Shown here: positions 50,826-59,768 of the stretch, in pieces | Layout of the letters: the number at the start of each line of letters is the position of its first letter | Position numbering within the stretch: position 1 is the stretch's first letter | NCBI GenBank assembly: GCA_963807105.1 | Contig: CAWEAM010000010.1 | Coordinates: forward strand, 324,773-388,772 | Direction of reading: 5' to 3' | Length of the DNA: 64,000 nt | From: an uncultured Acidobacteriota bacterium | GTDB lineage: Bacteria > Acidobacteriota > Vicinamibacteria > Vicinamibacterales > UBA2999 | Translations under genes and position numbers: made by a program | The notes under the pieces: model-generated | What the model was told of the DNA's origin: nothing | What the model saw: the letters and a program-made list of their open reading frames with translations, nothing else | Databases searched by the model: none

Positions 50826-51926
50826 ATGGCCGACTCCATCAGCGCGGGGATGCTTGTCATGTTCGCGGTCGGCGGCGTCCTCATCTACTTGGCCATCGCC
50901 CGTGAGTACGAGCCGGCGCTCCTGCTCCCGATTGGATTTGGCACCCTGCTCGGCAATCTACCAAACTCACCGCTCAACGAGCCCGGCGGCATGTTGTATT
51001 TGCTCAACGAGTTCGGTATCAAGACCGAGCTCTTCCCGCTGTTCATCTTCATCGGGATTGGCGCGCTGATGGACTTTCGCCCGCTCCTGTCGCAGCCGGT
51101 GTTCGCGCTGCTGGGCGCGGCAGGTCAGCTCGGCATCTTCGCGACGCTCGTCCTCGCCACGGTCCTGGCCTTTCCGCTCAACGAAGCGGCCTCGATTGCC
51201 GTCATTGGCGCGATCGACGGGCCCACCAGCATCTATGTCACGTCGGTTCTTGCTCCGGACCTCGTGGCGCCGATTGCCGTCGCAGCGTACTCCTACATGA
51301 GCCTGGTGCCCATCATTCAGCCGCCCATCATGCGTCTGCTCACGACGTCGGCGGAGCGCCGCATCCGCATGGAGTACACGCCGCGGCCGGTGCCGGCAGG
51401 CGCCGTCATCGCATTTCCCATTGTCGTGACCCTTGTGCTCGGTGTCCTCGTTCCGAAATCGGCACCGCTCGTCGCGACCTTGATGCTTGGCAACCTGTTG
51501 AAAGAGGCGCGCGTCGTTCCCCGTTTGTCAAACAGCGCTGCCAACGAGCTGACCAACGTCACGACGCTCTTCCTCGGCCTGACGATCGGCAGTCTGATGC
51601 AGGCCAGCACCTTCCTGCAGGCGCAGACGCTCGCCATCCTGGCGCTCGGCCTGGCTGCGTTCGGGCTCGACACCGTCGCCGGGATCCTGTTCGGCAAGGC
51701 GCTCGCCGCGGTCATGAAAGGCCGGATCAATCCATTGGTCGGGGCGGCCGGCATCAGCGCGTTTCCGATGAGTGGGCGGTTGGTTCAAAGGGTTGCGCAG
51801 GAGGAGGACTTCACGAACCACGTGTTGATGCACGCCATGGCAGCGAACACGGCCGGCCAGCTCGGGTCCGTGATCGCGGGCGGGGTACTGCTTGCCCTGG
51901 TGACGGGCCTGCTCGGGTCGCCGTGA
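50826..51926 (+). CDS. Na+-translocating decarboxylase beta subunit (OadB/MmdB family)
   Basis: EPALLLPIGFG, GAAGQLGIF, IGAIDGPT, AYSYMSLVP, GISAFPMS. Confidence 0.95.
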   Translation: MADSISAGMLVMFAVGGVLIYLAIAREYEPALLLPIGFGTLLGNLPNSPLNEPGGMLYLLNEFGIKTELFPLFIFIGIGALMDFRPLLSQPVFALLGAAGQLGIFATLVLATVLAFPLNEAASIAVIGAIDGPTSIYVTSVLAPDLVAPIAVAAYSYMSLVPIIQPPIMRLLTTSAERRIRMEYTPRPVPAGAVIAFPIVVTLVLGVLVPKSAPLVATLMLGNLLKEARVVPRLSNSAANELTNVTTLFLGLTIGSLMQASTFLQAQTLAILALGLAAFGLDTVAGILFGKALAAVMKGRINPLVGAAGISAFPMSGRLVQRVAQEEDFTNHVLMHAMAANTAGQLGSVIAGGVLLALVTGLLGSP

Positions 51927-51980
51927 CGCGTGTGCACGTCGACGCGTTCATCCATCACAGAGGATTCGTCCGGCGCTCTA

Positions 51981-52044
51981 CACATACGCAATGGCCGTAT
52001 GTGCATACAAAACCCTTGACAGTGCACACTCCAGATGGTAGCTT
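51981..52044 (+). promoter_or_regulatory. sigma70 promoter with MatR-like boxes
   Basis: CACATAC, GTGCATACAA (52001), TTGACA (52016)-17-TAGCTT. Confidence 0.65.
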
Positions 52045-52271
52045 TCGCGCCCGAGCCGCATCATCGGCTGGCCTAGCGTCGCGATCAGGCGGGACGATTG
52101 TTCGATTCGCTAACCGCGCGTCCGCTTCGCGATGCAGGGGGCGATCTACTGCAACGAGCTGACCCAATGACCGACTCTCGAGACGGTCGCCAGAACGTCG
52201 CACAAGGTCGCGTCAGAAGGACTGCACGCCCCCGCGCCGATTCGGCCAGCCGGTTCATGGAGGAGGTGTTC

Positions 52272-53768
52272 ATGCATCGCGCGACCAGGGCGCCGTGTCT
52301 GATCGTCACTCTCTGCCTGCTCTGGGCTGCCGCGTGTTCCCGGACGGTCGAGAGCCAGGCGGCGGCAACCGGCGCACTGGCCTTCGAGGGAGCTCGGCTG
52401 ATCATCGGGGACGGCAGTCCGCCCATCGAGAACTCCGCCTTCGTCGTCGAGAACGCTCGCTTCATCCGTGTCGGCCGCCGCGGTGAGGTCGAGGTGCCGG
52501 CTGGCGCGGCCCGGATCGACCTGACGGGCAAGACAGTCATGCCGACAAAGGTCGATGTTCACGGCCACCTCGGCTTCGAGGAAGTCGTGGCCGGGACCAC
52601 CGCGAAAGAGAACTTCACGCGCGCGAATCTGATCGATCACCTCGAGCGGTTCGCGTACATGGGATTCAGCGGCGTCATCAGCATCGCGGATCTCGTCGAA
52701 CGCGAGATCATGCCGGGCGATCACCTGGACGTCTATCAGGCGCCACGGAATCCTCAGCTGCCGAAGACCGGGAGGCATCCCTGGGGCGACGTCCCGCTGC
52801 TGGCGCGCAACGAAATCTTCCCCAACGCAGCGCTCTTTCGCACGGCGGGCCCCGGGATCGCCACGCCTGGCGGCGGCGCGGGCGGGCATCCTTCAAGAAA
52901 CGACGTGATGTATCCGGTGACGACACCTGAAGAAGCGCGGAGCGCGGTGCGCGACTACGTCAAGTCGAAGCCCGAGTTCGTCAAGATTTGGGTGGACGAC
53001 AGGGGCGGCAAGGTCAAGACGCTGACGCCGCCGCTGTATCGGGCGGTTATCGACGAAGCGACCAGGCTCAACTTCCCGGTGGCCGCGCACACGGTCACCC
53101 TGGCGGACGCAAAGGAGCTTTACAAGGCCGGCCTCGTAGGCGCCGTCCACATTCCCGTGCGCGGCGGTGATGTCCCGGATGACGAACTGCTCACGATCAT
53201 CAGGGATCGCGTTGCGAAGAGTCGATGGCCGCTCTGGTTCAGCGAACCCGGAAATTCTGCGGCGCTGGGCGCGCAAGCCTGGGAGGACCCGCTGCTGTCC
53301 GAGATCCTGTCGCCGGACCAGGTCCAGAAGCACCAGCAGGACGCTAAGCGACTGACGCCGGAGGTGGTCGAGCGTGCCCGACGCAGTTCAGAAGCGACAG
53401 GGGATGCGGCGCGGATGCTGATGCGCGCGGGCATGAAGCTCGTGTACGGCAGCGACAACGGATCGGCGGGACGAGGGTTCGGGTGGTACGAGCAGCTGCG
53501 GTTCGAGAACTGGGTGACGATGGGCTTCACGCCTGCCGAGGCGATTGTGATGGCCACGCGCGATTCGGCCGACATCGCGGGCCTCAACACCGGAATGGTG
53601 GCTTCGGGCAGGAGCGCTGACTTCATCGTCCTCGACGCCAACCCGCTCGAAGACCTCGCCAACACGCGGCGAATCAACAAGGTCTATCTGAGAGGCCAGG
53701 AAGTCGACCGCGCGGGGATGCGGGCGCGATGGCAGGCCAGGTGGCGTACCACGACTTCGACGCCTTGA
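52272..53768 (+). CDS. Amidohydrolase-family lipoprotein
   Basis: AGGAGG RBS, LLWAAAC, VDVHGHLG, FVKIWVDDR, VAAH, YGSDNG, ADFIVLDANPL. Confidence 0.88.
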   Translation: MHRATRAPCLIVTLCLLWAAACSRTVESQAAATGALAFEGARLIIGDGSPPIENSAFVVENARFIRVGRRGEVEVPAGAARIDLTGKTVMPTKVDVHGHLGFEEVVAGTTAKENFTRANLIDHLERFAYMGFSGVISIADLVEREIMPGDHLDVYQAPRNPQLPKTGRHPWGDVPLLARNEIFPNAALFRTAGPGIATPGGGAGGHPSRNDVMYPVTTPEEARSAVRDYVKSKPEFVKIWVDDRGGKVKTLTPPLYRAVIDEATRLNFPVAAHTVTLADAKELYKAGLVGAVHIPVRGGDVPDDELLTIIRDRVAKSRWPLWFSEPGNSAALGAQAWEDPLLSEILSPDQVQKHQQDAKRLTPEVVERARRSSEATGDAARMLMRAGMKLVYGSDNGSAGRGFGWYEQLRFENWVTMGFTPAEAIVMATRDSADIAGLNTGMVASGRSADFIVLDANPLEDLANTRRINKVYLRGQEVDRAGMRARWQARWRTTTSTP

Positions 53769-53879
53769 GCCCGTCCTGAACAGGCTTCGCACACTCAGCC
53801 CGAGGCAGGCGCAGAGGACGCGCTCACCGCGTGGGTTCGAGCGGATTGTGGAATTGAAAAGGGTATTCGAGGAGGACGT

Positions 53880-55604
53880 ATGCGGCGGCGCACACATCTC
53901 ATCCGGGCGGTATGGTTCGTCGTTGCCTTGGGACCGGTAATTCTGACCTCCGCGCATCCTGTCAGGGTGCGGGCTCAGGCGGCATCCGACCGAACGGCGG
54001 TTGGCACTCGCACGGACAGTCGACTGGGAGGGCCGTACGGCTCAGTGAAAACCGTGTTGCGCGGCCAGGAACAGCCCGTCGACGGCCTGATGCTGCAGTT
54101 GATCTCGAAACGGACATCCATTAGAACGACGGTGTACACGAATGAGCTCGGCCACTTCGATTTTCCCAGGCTCGAGAGCGGCGAGTACGTGCTGCGGATC
54201 CCCCGGCCGATGGAGTTTCGCCGCTATCAGGTGGATCCGGTTCGTATCGACGGCGCCACCAAGCTCCCCGACATCGTCGTGGAGCGCGTGAGCGAGGGGC
54301 TGTTCCTGCCGCCGACGAAGGAGGTTCTCGCCCAGCTGAGCGGAGCGGAGTGGCTGGCCAATATGCCGGGCACCGCCCAGGAAAAGCGGCTCTTCACGAA
54401 CAGCTGCACGAACAGCTGCCACAGTGGGGAGCGGCCGTTCATGGTCAAGTTCGACAAAGCGGGCTGGGAGAAGATCGTCGCCCGCATGACCAATTACAGT
54501 CACCGCGTCCTGACCCAGCCATCGGAGCGGACGGAGCTGACACCCAACGCGAAGATCATCGCCAACTGGCTCGCGACCGTGCGCGGGCCCGAGTCCGAGT
54601 ACCCACCGATCGAGCCGTTTCCTCGCCCCGCTGGCCTGGCCACGCGCGCCATAGTCACCGAGTATGAACTCCCCTGGGCGATGACCAACATCCACGACAT
54701 CGCAGGCGACGCCGAGGGCAACGTCTGGTTCAACGTCAATCGCAGCCCGTTCGTCGGGAGGCTCGACCCGAAGACCGGCAAGATCGTCACCTACCGGATG
54801 CCCGAGCCTGATCGGCCGCCGAAGGTCAAACCCTACATCGACAAGTACACCGACCCGCCAGGCATTCACCCCGGGCAGCACGGCCTGTTCATAGACAAGA
54901 ACAGCGGCTACGTTTACAGCACGGGCACCTGGCATCGGAGCATTACGAGAATCGATCCTCGAACGGGTGATATGAAGGCCGTGATGACGGATCTGACCCA
55001 GAACGGCAACATGGCCCTTCATCCCGACGGCAAATCCATCTGGAGGACCGACCAGCGCAAGATCAAGAAATATGACCTGCCGGGCGTGTTCGAGACCGGC
55101 CTGCCTGTCCAGACATGGGATCTCAAGAACGTCAACAACACCTACGGCAACTTCATGAGTCGCGACGGCCGATACTTCGGCGGCGGGGGAAGTTGGATCG
55201 TGTGGCTCGACACTCAGACCGGCGAGCTTCGGGAGATTCCTCTCGCCATCGGCGGGGCGCGTGGGCGCGGCTCGTTCGACGCGGAGGGCAACATCTGGTC
55301 GGGCGCCCAGAAGCTGACCAAGTACGAGCCGAAGACGGGCGCCGTCACGCAATACACGCCGCCAACGCCGTACTACCATTCGTACTCGGCGCAGGTTGAC
55401 AAGAACGGCGACGTCTGGTCGGGACAGCAGCAGGGCGGGCGAATCGGGCGCTTCAACCCGAAGACCGGATTGTGGATCGAATACGTGCTGCCGTCGCCGT
55501 GGAGCTTCGACTACATGTCGTTCATCGACAACTCGACCAATCCGCCGACGTTCTGGTACGGCGATCAGCATGGCTATATCGTTCGGCTACAGCCGCTCGA
55601 CTAG
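53880..55604 (+). CDS. Exported carboxypeptidase-regulatory + c-type heme-like (CxxxCH) + Vgb-like beta-propeller protein
   Basis: Signal peptide, TTVYTNELGHF, CTNSCH, TEYELP, HDIAGDAEGNVWF, repeats RLDPKTG. Confidence 0.8.
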   Translation: MRRRTHLIRAVWFVVALGPVILTSAHPVRVRAQAASDRTAVGTRTDSRLGGPYGSVKTVLRGQEQPVDGLMLQLISKRTSIRTTVYTNELGHFDFPRLESGEYVLRIPRPMEFRRYQVDPVRIDGATKLPDIVVERVSEGLFLPPTKEVLAQLSGAEWLANMPGTAQEKRLFTNSCTNSCHSGERPFMVKFDKAGWEKIVARMTNYSHRVLTQPSERTELTPNAKIIANWLATVRGPESEYPPIEPFPRPAGLATRAIVTEYELPWAMTNIHDIAGDAEGNVWFNVNRSPFVGRLDPKTGKIVTYRMPEPDRPPKVKPYIDKYTDPPGIHPGQHGLFIDKNSGYVYSTGTWHRSITRIDPRTGDMKAVMTDLTQNGNMALHPDGKSIWRTDQRKIKKYDLPGVFETGLPVQTWDLKNVNNTYGNFMSRDGRYFGGGGSWIVWLDTQTGELREIPLAIGGARGRGSFDAEGNIWSGAQKLTKYEPKTGAVTQYTPPTPYYHSYSAQVDKNGDVWSGQQQGGRIGRFNPKTGLWIEYVLPSPWSFDYMSFIDNSTNPPTFWYGDQHGYIVRLQPLD

Positions 55605-55637
55605 CGATGTCGCCATACGCGAGAAGGAGGCAAGCCG

Positions 55638-56165
55638 ATGAAGCTCTCGACCTGGGTGAACGCGATGGTTGCGCTGCTACTGGTTGTGGGCGTGGGCCAA
55701 GGCGTTAGTCTCAGTGACGCACACCAGGCACGCGCTGCCGAGGCTGCGGACTCCCAACGTCCGGCGGAGCCAGCGAAGGCTCCGCCTCGGGAAGAGGGGG
55801 TCGACCCCTACGAGCGCAATGCGACGTTGTGGGCGTCGCACCGAGCGGGTGCGACGAGTGGCTGGCAGCGGGGGCAGGAGCTCTATTACATGAAGTGCTG
55901 GATGTGCCACAGCGAGTACGTGATTGTCGCCGATCCCTCGCCGGCTCCGTCGCTGAGACACGTGGCCAAGCGGTTGACCGACGAGCAGATCGCAATGTAC
56001 GTCCGCAACGGGACGGCCAGGATGCCCGCGTATCGATTCCAGCTATCCGATGCCGATATCAACGATCTGCTTGCACTGTTCAAGGAGAAATGCGGCACGT
56101 TTCCGACCGGTGGTGGCTGCTTCGATGAGCACAATCCGCCACGGAATCCTCTCTATCGCTATTAG
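55638..56165 (+). CDS. Monoheme cytochrome c
   Basis: Signal peptide, GQELYYMKCWMCH, RMPAY, LSDADINDL. Confidence 0.9.
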   Translation: MKLSTWVNAMVALLLVVGVGQGVSLSDAHQARAAEAADSQRPAEPAKAPPREEGVDPYERNATLWASHRAGATSGWQRGQELYYMKCWMCHSEYVIVADPSPAPSLRHVAKRLTDEQIAMYVRNGTARMPAYRFQLSDADINDLLALFKEKCGTFPTGGGCFDEHNPPRNPLYRY

Positions 56166-56234
56166 TCGCGGTCGCGCGCCGACGACGTTCGGCAGCGCCC
56201 CCGCCCGAAGCCAAAGAGGACTGCGCGTGGGGGG

Positions 56235-58733
56235 GTGACGGCCGTCCGGAGGATCCGTCCTTCACCTGTGCCCACGCCCGTGGCCCGTCAGGACTCCCGC
56301 CTCAGACGCGGCTCCGTCGAGCCGCCGGTCTCGCTGCCGGCGGCGCACACCACCTGCTCCAGCGCCGGACCCGCAAGCCGGCGCTGGAGCCTTCCCGTCC
56401 TCGCTGCCTTGTTCTTCGTCTCCGGCATCAGCGCCCTCATTTATCAGGTGCTCTGGCTTCGAATGCTGGCGCTGATCTTCGGCGTGACGGTGCACGCCGC
56501 CGGCGCTGTGCTCGCGAGTTTCATGGCGGGCCTTGCCCTCGGAAACTACGGCGGCGGTCGCGTGGCCGACCGCGCTCGGCGTCCACTGCTCATGTTCGGC
56601 GGGGTGGAAGTGATGATCGGCGTATGCGCCCTAGTAACGCCAGCTGCCCTCGAACTGGTCAAGCGGCTGTACGTCGGCCTGCACGAAGTGCTCGGCGACG
56701 GACTGCCACTGCTCACGATCGCGCGCCTTCTCTTCACGTTCATGGTGCTGCTCGTCCCCACCGCGCTAATTGGCGCGACGCTGCCACTCCTCGTTCGGTC
56801 GCTGGCCGCCAGCGGGAAGCGCTTTGGCACGCACGTGAGCCTTCTCTACGGGACCAACACGGCCGGGGCCGTGGCCGGCGTGCTGCTGGCCGGCTTCACC
56901 CTGATCCCCAACCTCGGAATCGCCGCGTCGTTCTGGGTAGGAGCGCTTCTGAATGGAGCCGTGGGTGTGGCGGCCATCGTGATGGGCCTTGCGCTGGAAT
57001 CACCCCGCAGCCTCATCGCAACGAAGCCACCGCTCGCTGATCCTCTTCCTTCGAGCATCACACATGCGACACCCGGACTTGCGATTTCTGACGGGACACG
57101 CCGGTTCGTGCTGCTCGTCTTCGGGTTGTCGGGCTTCGCGTCCCTCGCCCTCGAGGTCATCTGGTTTCGAGTGCTCGTGATCTTCCTGGGTCCGACGACC
57201 TACGCGTTCAGCATCATGCTTGCAACGGTGCTAGCCGGCATCGCTCTCGGCAGTGCGCTCGTGACTCCGTGGTTCACTCGGCACATTGATTGGCTGGCTG
57301 TGCTGGCCGTGGTCCAGGTCGGGATCGCGGTGTCGGCGCTGCTGTCGTTCTGGGCCCTGAGCTTCATGCCGCCGGCCGCAGCATACGTCGAGGCTTCGGC
57401 GCAGACCCCGTCCGGCATCGAGTACCTCGGCCCCGTGATCATCGGCAGCGTTCTGGCGATCCTGCCTGCGTCACTTCTGCTCGGGGTGGCTTTCCCGATC
57501 GGTGCGCGGCTCTGGGCTGACGACGATGCCGACGGTCACCAGGTCGCCGGCCGCGTCGGGATCTTCTGCGCGGTCAACGTCTGCGGGGCCATTGTCGGCC
57601 CGCTGGCCGCGGCATTCTGGCTGCTGCCGGCGCTCGGCAGCCGCCGCAGCCTGATTAGCATTGGTGGCGTGGCGATGGCATCGGCGTTCCTGCTGCTGAT
57701 CCGGCTTGCTCACCGGCGACCGCGCTTTGCGGTCGCCACGGCAATGGCTGGCGCGATAGCGTTTGTCGTAGCCGCCGGCCGAGTCGGGCCTGCCTTCGAC
57801 CTCGCCCTCGCCCGCGTGTACGGGTCGGAGCAACTGCTCTGGCACGAGGAAGGCGTGCAAACGACCGTCAAGGTCAACGCGCGTCGTGGGCCCGACGGTA
57901 GGCCCATGCGCATCTTGTATGTCGACGGGTGGCATCAGGCGAACGACTCGGGGGCGACGCTCTTTCTCGATCGTCTGATAGGCGTGCTGCCAATGGCGCT
58001 GCACCAAGACCCACGCCGCGCGCTGGTGATCGGCTTGGGGGGTGGAGCGACGCCGGGCGCGATTGCGCGGTTTCCCGGCACTCACGTCACGGTCGTCGAG
58101 CTGTCGCCCTCGGTCGTGCGCGCCGCCAACCGGTGGTTCGCTCATACAAATTTCGACTTGCTTCAACGGCCGAACGCCACTCTCCGCATCGACGACGGGC
58201 GCAACTACCTGCTGCTGACGGACGAGCGGTACGACGTCATCACGGCCGACGTGATTGTTCCGCGTCACTCCGGCTCGGCCAACCTGTACTCGACCGAGTA
58301 CTTCGAATTGACCCGCCGCGCACTCGCGCCAGGTGGCTTGATGCTCCAGTGGATCCCGGATGACACCGATCTCGAGTACCGAACGATCATGCGAACGTTC
58401 GTCGGCGTGTTTCCGAATGCCACACTCTGGGCGAACGGCAGCCTGCTGGTGGGATCCCAAGGTCCCCTTCACATCAGTCGCGCGGGCTTCGAACGGCGCC
58501 TGGCGGATTGGCCGACGCGCGTATCGCTCGAGCTTGCGGGAATCTCGAGCTTCGAGATGCTGTTGTTGCTCTACGACGCCGGTCCCGACGAACTGCGTAA
58601 ATACGTGGGCAGCGGCCCGATACTGACCGACGACCGCCCCGTCGTCGAATACTTTCTGTCGTCGCAGCATGAACGACGGGTGGTCGAGGCCGCAGAACTC
58701 AAGGGCGACGTCATGCGCCATATCAGGCCGTAG
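56235..58733 (+). CDS. Fused membrane domain / spermidine synthase-like protein
   Basis: SGISALIYQVLW and SGFASLALEVIW TM repeats; ALVIGLGGG, VVELS, DDGRNYL, YDVITAD, TDDRPVVEY; start uncertain. Confidence 0.88.
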   Translation: MTAVRRIRPSPVPTPVARQDSRLRRGSVEPPVSLPAAHTTCSSAGPASRRWSLPVLAALFFVSGISALIYQVLWLRMLALIFGVTVHAAGAVLASFMAGLALGNYGGGRVADRARRPLLMFGGVEVMIGVCALVTPAALELVKRLYVGLHEVLGDGLPLLTIARLLFTFMVLLVPTALIGATLPLLVRSLAASGKRFGTHVSLLYGTNTAGAVAGVLLAGFTLIPNLGIAASFWVGALLNGAVGVAAIVMGLALESPRSLIATKPPLADPLPSSITHATPGLAISDGTRRFVLLVFGLSGFASLALEVIWFRVLVIFLGPTTYAFSIMLATVLAGIALGSALVTPWFTRHIDWLAVLAVVQVGIAVSALLSFWALSFMPPAAAYVEASAQTPSGIEYLGPVIIGSVLAILPASLLLGVAFPIGARLWADDDADGHQVAGRVGIFCAVNVCGAIVGPLAAAFWLLPALGSRRSLISIGGVAMASAFLLLIRLAHRRPRFAVATAMAGAIAFVVAAGRVGPAFDLALARVYGSEQLLWHEEGVQTTVKVNARRGPDGRPMRILYVDGWHQANDSGATLFLDRLIGVLPMALHQDPRRALVIGLGGGATPGAIARFPGTHVTVVELSPSVVRAANRWFAHTNFDLLQRPNATLRIDDGRNYLLLTDERYDVITADVIVPRHSGSANLYSTEYFELTRRALAPGGLMLQWIPDDTDLEYRTIMRTFVGVFPNATLWANGSLLVGSQGPLHISRAGFERRLADWPTRVSLELAGISSFEMLLLLYDAGPDELRKYVGSGPILTDDRPVVEYFLSSQHERRVVEAAELKGDVMRHIRP

Positions 58734-58832
58734 CGGTTCGTGCCGCAACGTGGTCGTGCGCCGTGCCGACCGCGTGTCCGCTGACGGTCCTTACCCTGGA
58801 AGACCGGTTTCTCGCTTTCGTCTGGAGGTCTT

Positions 58833-59657
58833 ATGGAGGTCAGAGTGCACGACGGCCTTTGGTCCCGGCGGTTAGGCCTGAAACGTGCCGTCCTTGTCAT
58901 CCTCACCGGCACCATGGTCGCGGCAAGCGCCGGAAGCCAGGAGCGCCCGCGAACGTCCCTCGGCGCGGGCGCGCAGATCGTCGAGGATCTCGTGCTGGCC
59001 AACCGAATCCTCACCAATGAGGGCGTCGTCGATGGGCTCGGACACGTCAGTGCACGTCACGACCAGCGAGCCGATCGATTTCTCCTCTCGCGCGCCGTGC
59101 CGCCAGCGCTCGTCGTGGCGGACGACGTGATGGAGTACGACTTCGATGGCAACCCAATGGAACAACCGGGTCGGTCGATGTATGGGGAGCGGTTCATTCA
59201 TGCAGCGATCTACCGGGCGCGGCCTGATGTGAAAGCGATTGTCCATTGCCACACGCCTTCGGTTCTTCCGTTCGCCAATTCCAACGTGCAGCTGCGGCCG
59301 ATCTATCAGATGAGCGCGTTCCTGGCGTCCGGCGCACCGGTCTTCGAGATTCGGCGCGTGGAGGGTGCGCGGGGCATGCTCGTGAGCAGCATGGCTACCG
59401 GCCACGCGTTGGCCCGGACCCTTGCGGACAAGGCCGTCGTCCTGATGCGGGGCCATGGAGCCGTCCTCGTCGGCGAGACGGTGGCCGAGGCGGTCAGCCG
59501 CACCATTCATCTCGATATCAGCGCAAAGATGCAGGCGCAGTCCATTGCCTTGGGCGGAACCGCCAGGTACCTCGAAGCCGAGGACCTGCCGGCCGCCGAG
59601 GGCAATCCGTATGGGCGTCTCTGGGAGCACTGGAAGCAGCGGCTGCCGAGCAGGTAA
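58833..59657 (+). CDS. Class II aldolase/adducin family protein with signal-peptide-like N-terminus
   Basis: GHVSAR, ERFIHAAIY, VHCHT, LMRGHG. Confidence 0.9.
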   Translation: MEVRVHDGLWSRRLGLKRAVLVILTGTMVAASAGSQERPRTSLGAGAQIVEDLVLANRILTNEGVVDGLGHVSARHDQRADRFLLSRAVPPALVVADDVMEYDFDGNPMEQPGRSMYGERFIHAAIYRARPDVKAIVHCHTPSVLPFANSNVQLRPIYQMSAFLASGAPVFEIRRVEGARGMLVSSMATGHALARTLADKAVVLMRGHGAVLVGETVAEAVSRTIHLDISAKMQAQSIALGGTARYLEAEDLPAAEGNPYGRLWEHWKQRLPSR

Positions 59658-59704
59658 TTTCCTTTTCCGAGGCTATGTCTGACATGCAGGGCCCTACAAC
59701 ACGA

Positions 59705-59740
59705 CCGGCCCGCGCGGGTTGGGAATCCTCGGCGGGCCGG
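59705..59740. terminator. Hairpin between convergent genes
   Basis: CCGGCCCGC...GCGGGCCGG. Confidence 0.55.
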
Positions 59741-59768
59741 AAATATCTTCGGAGTTGAACGCGATCAT

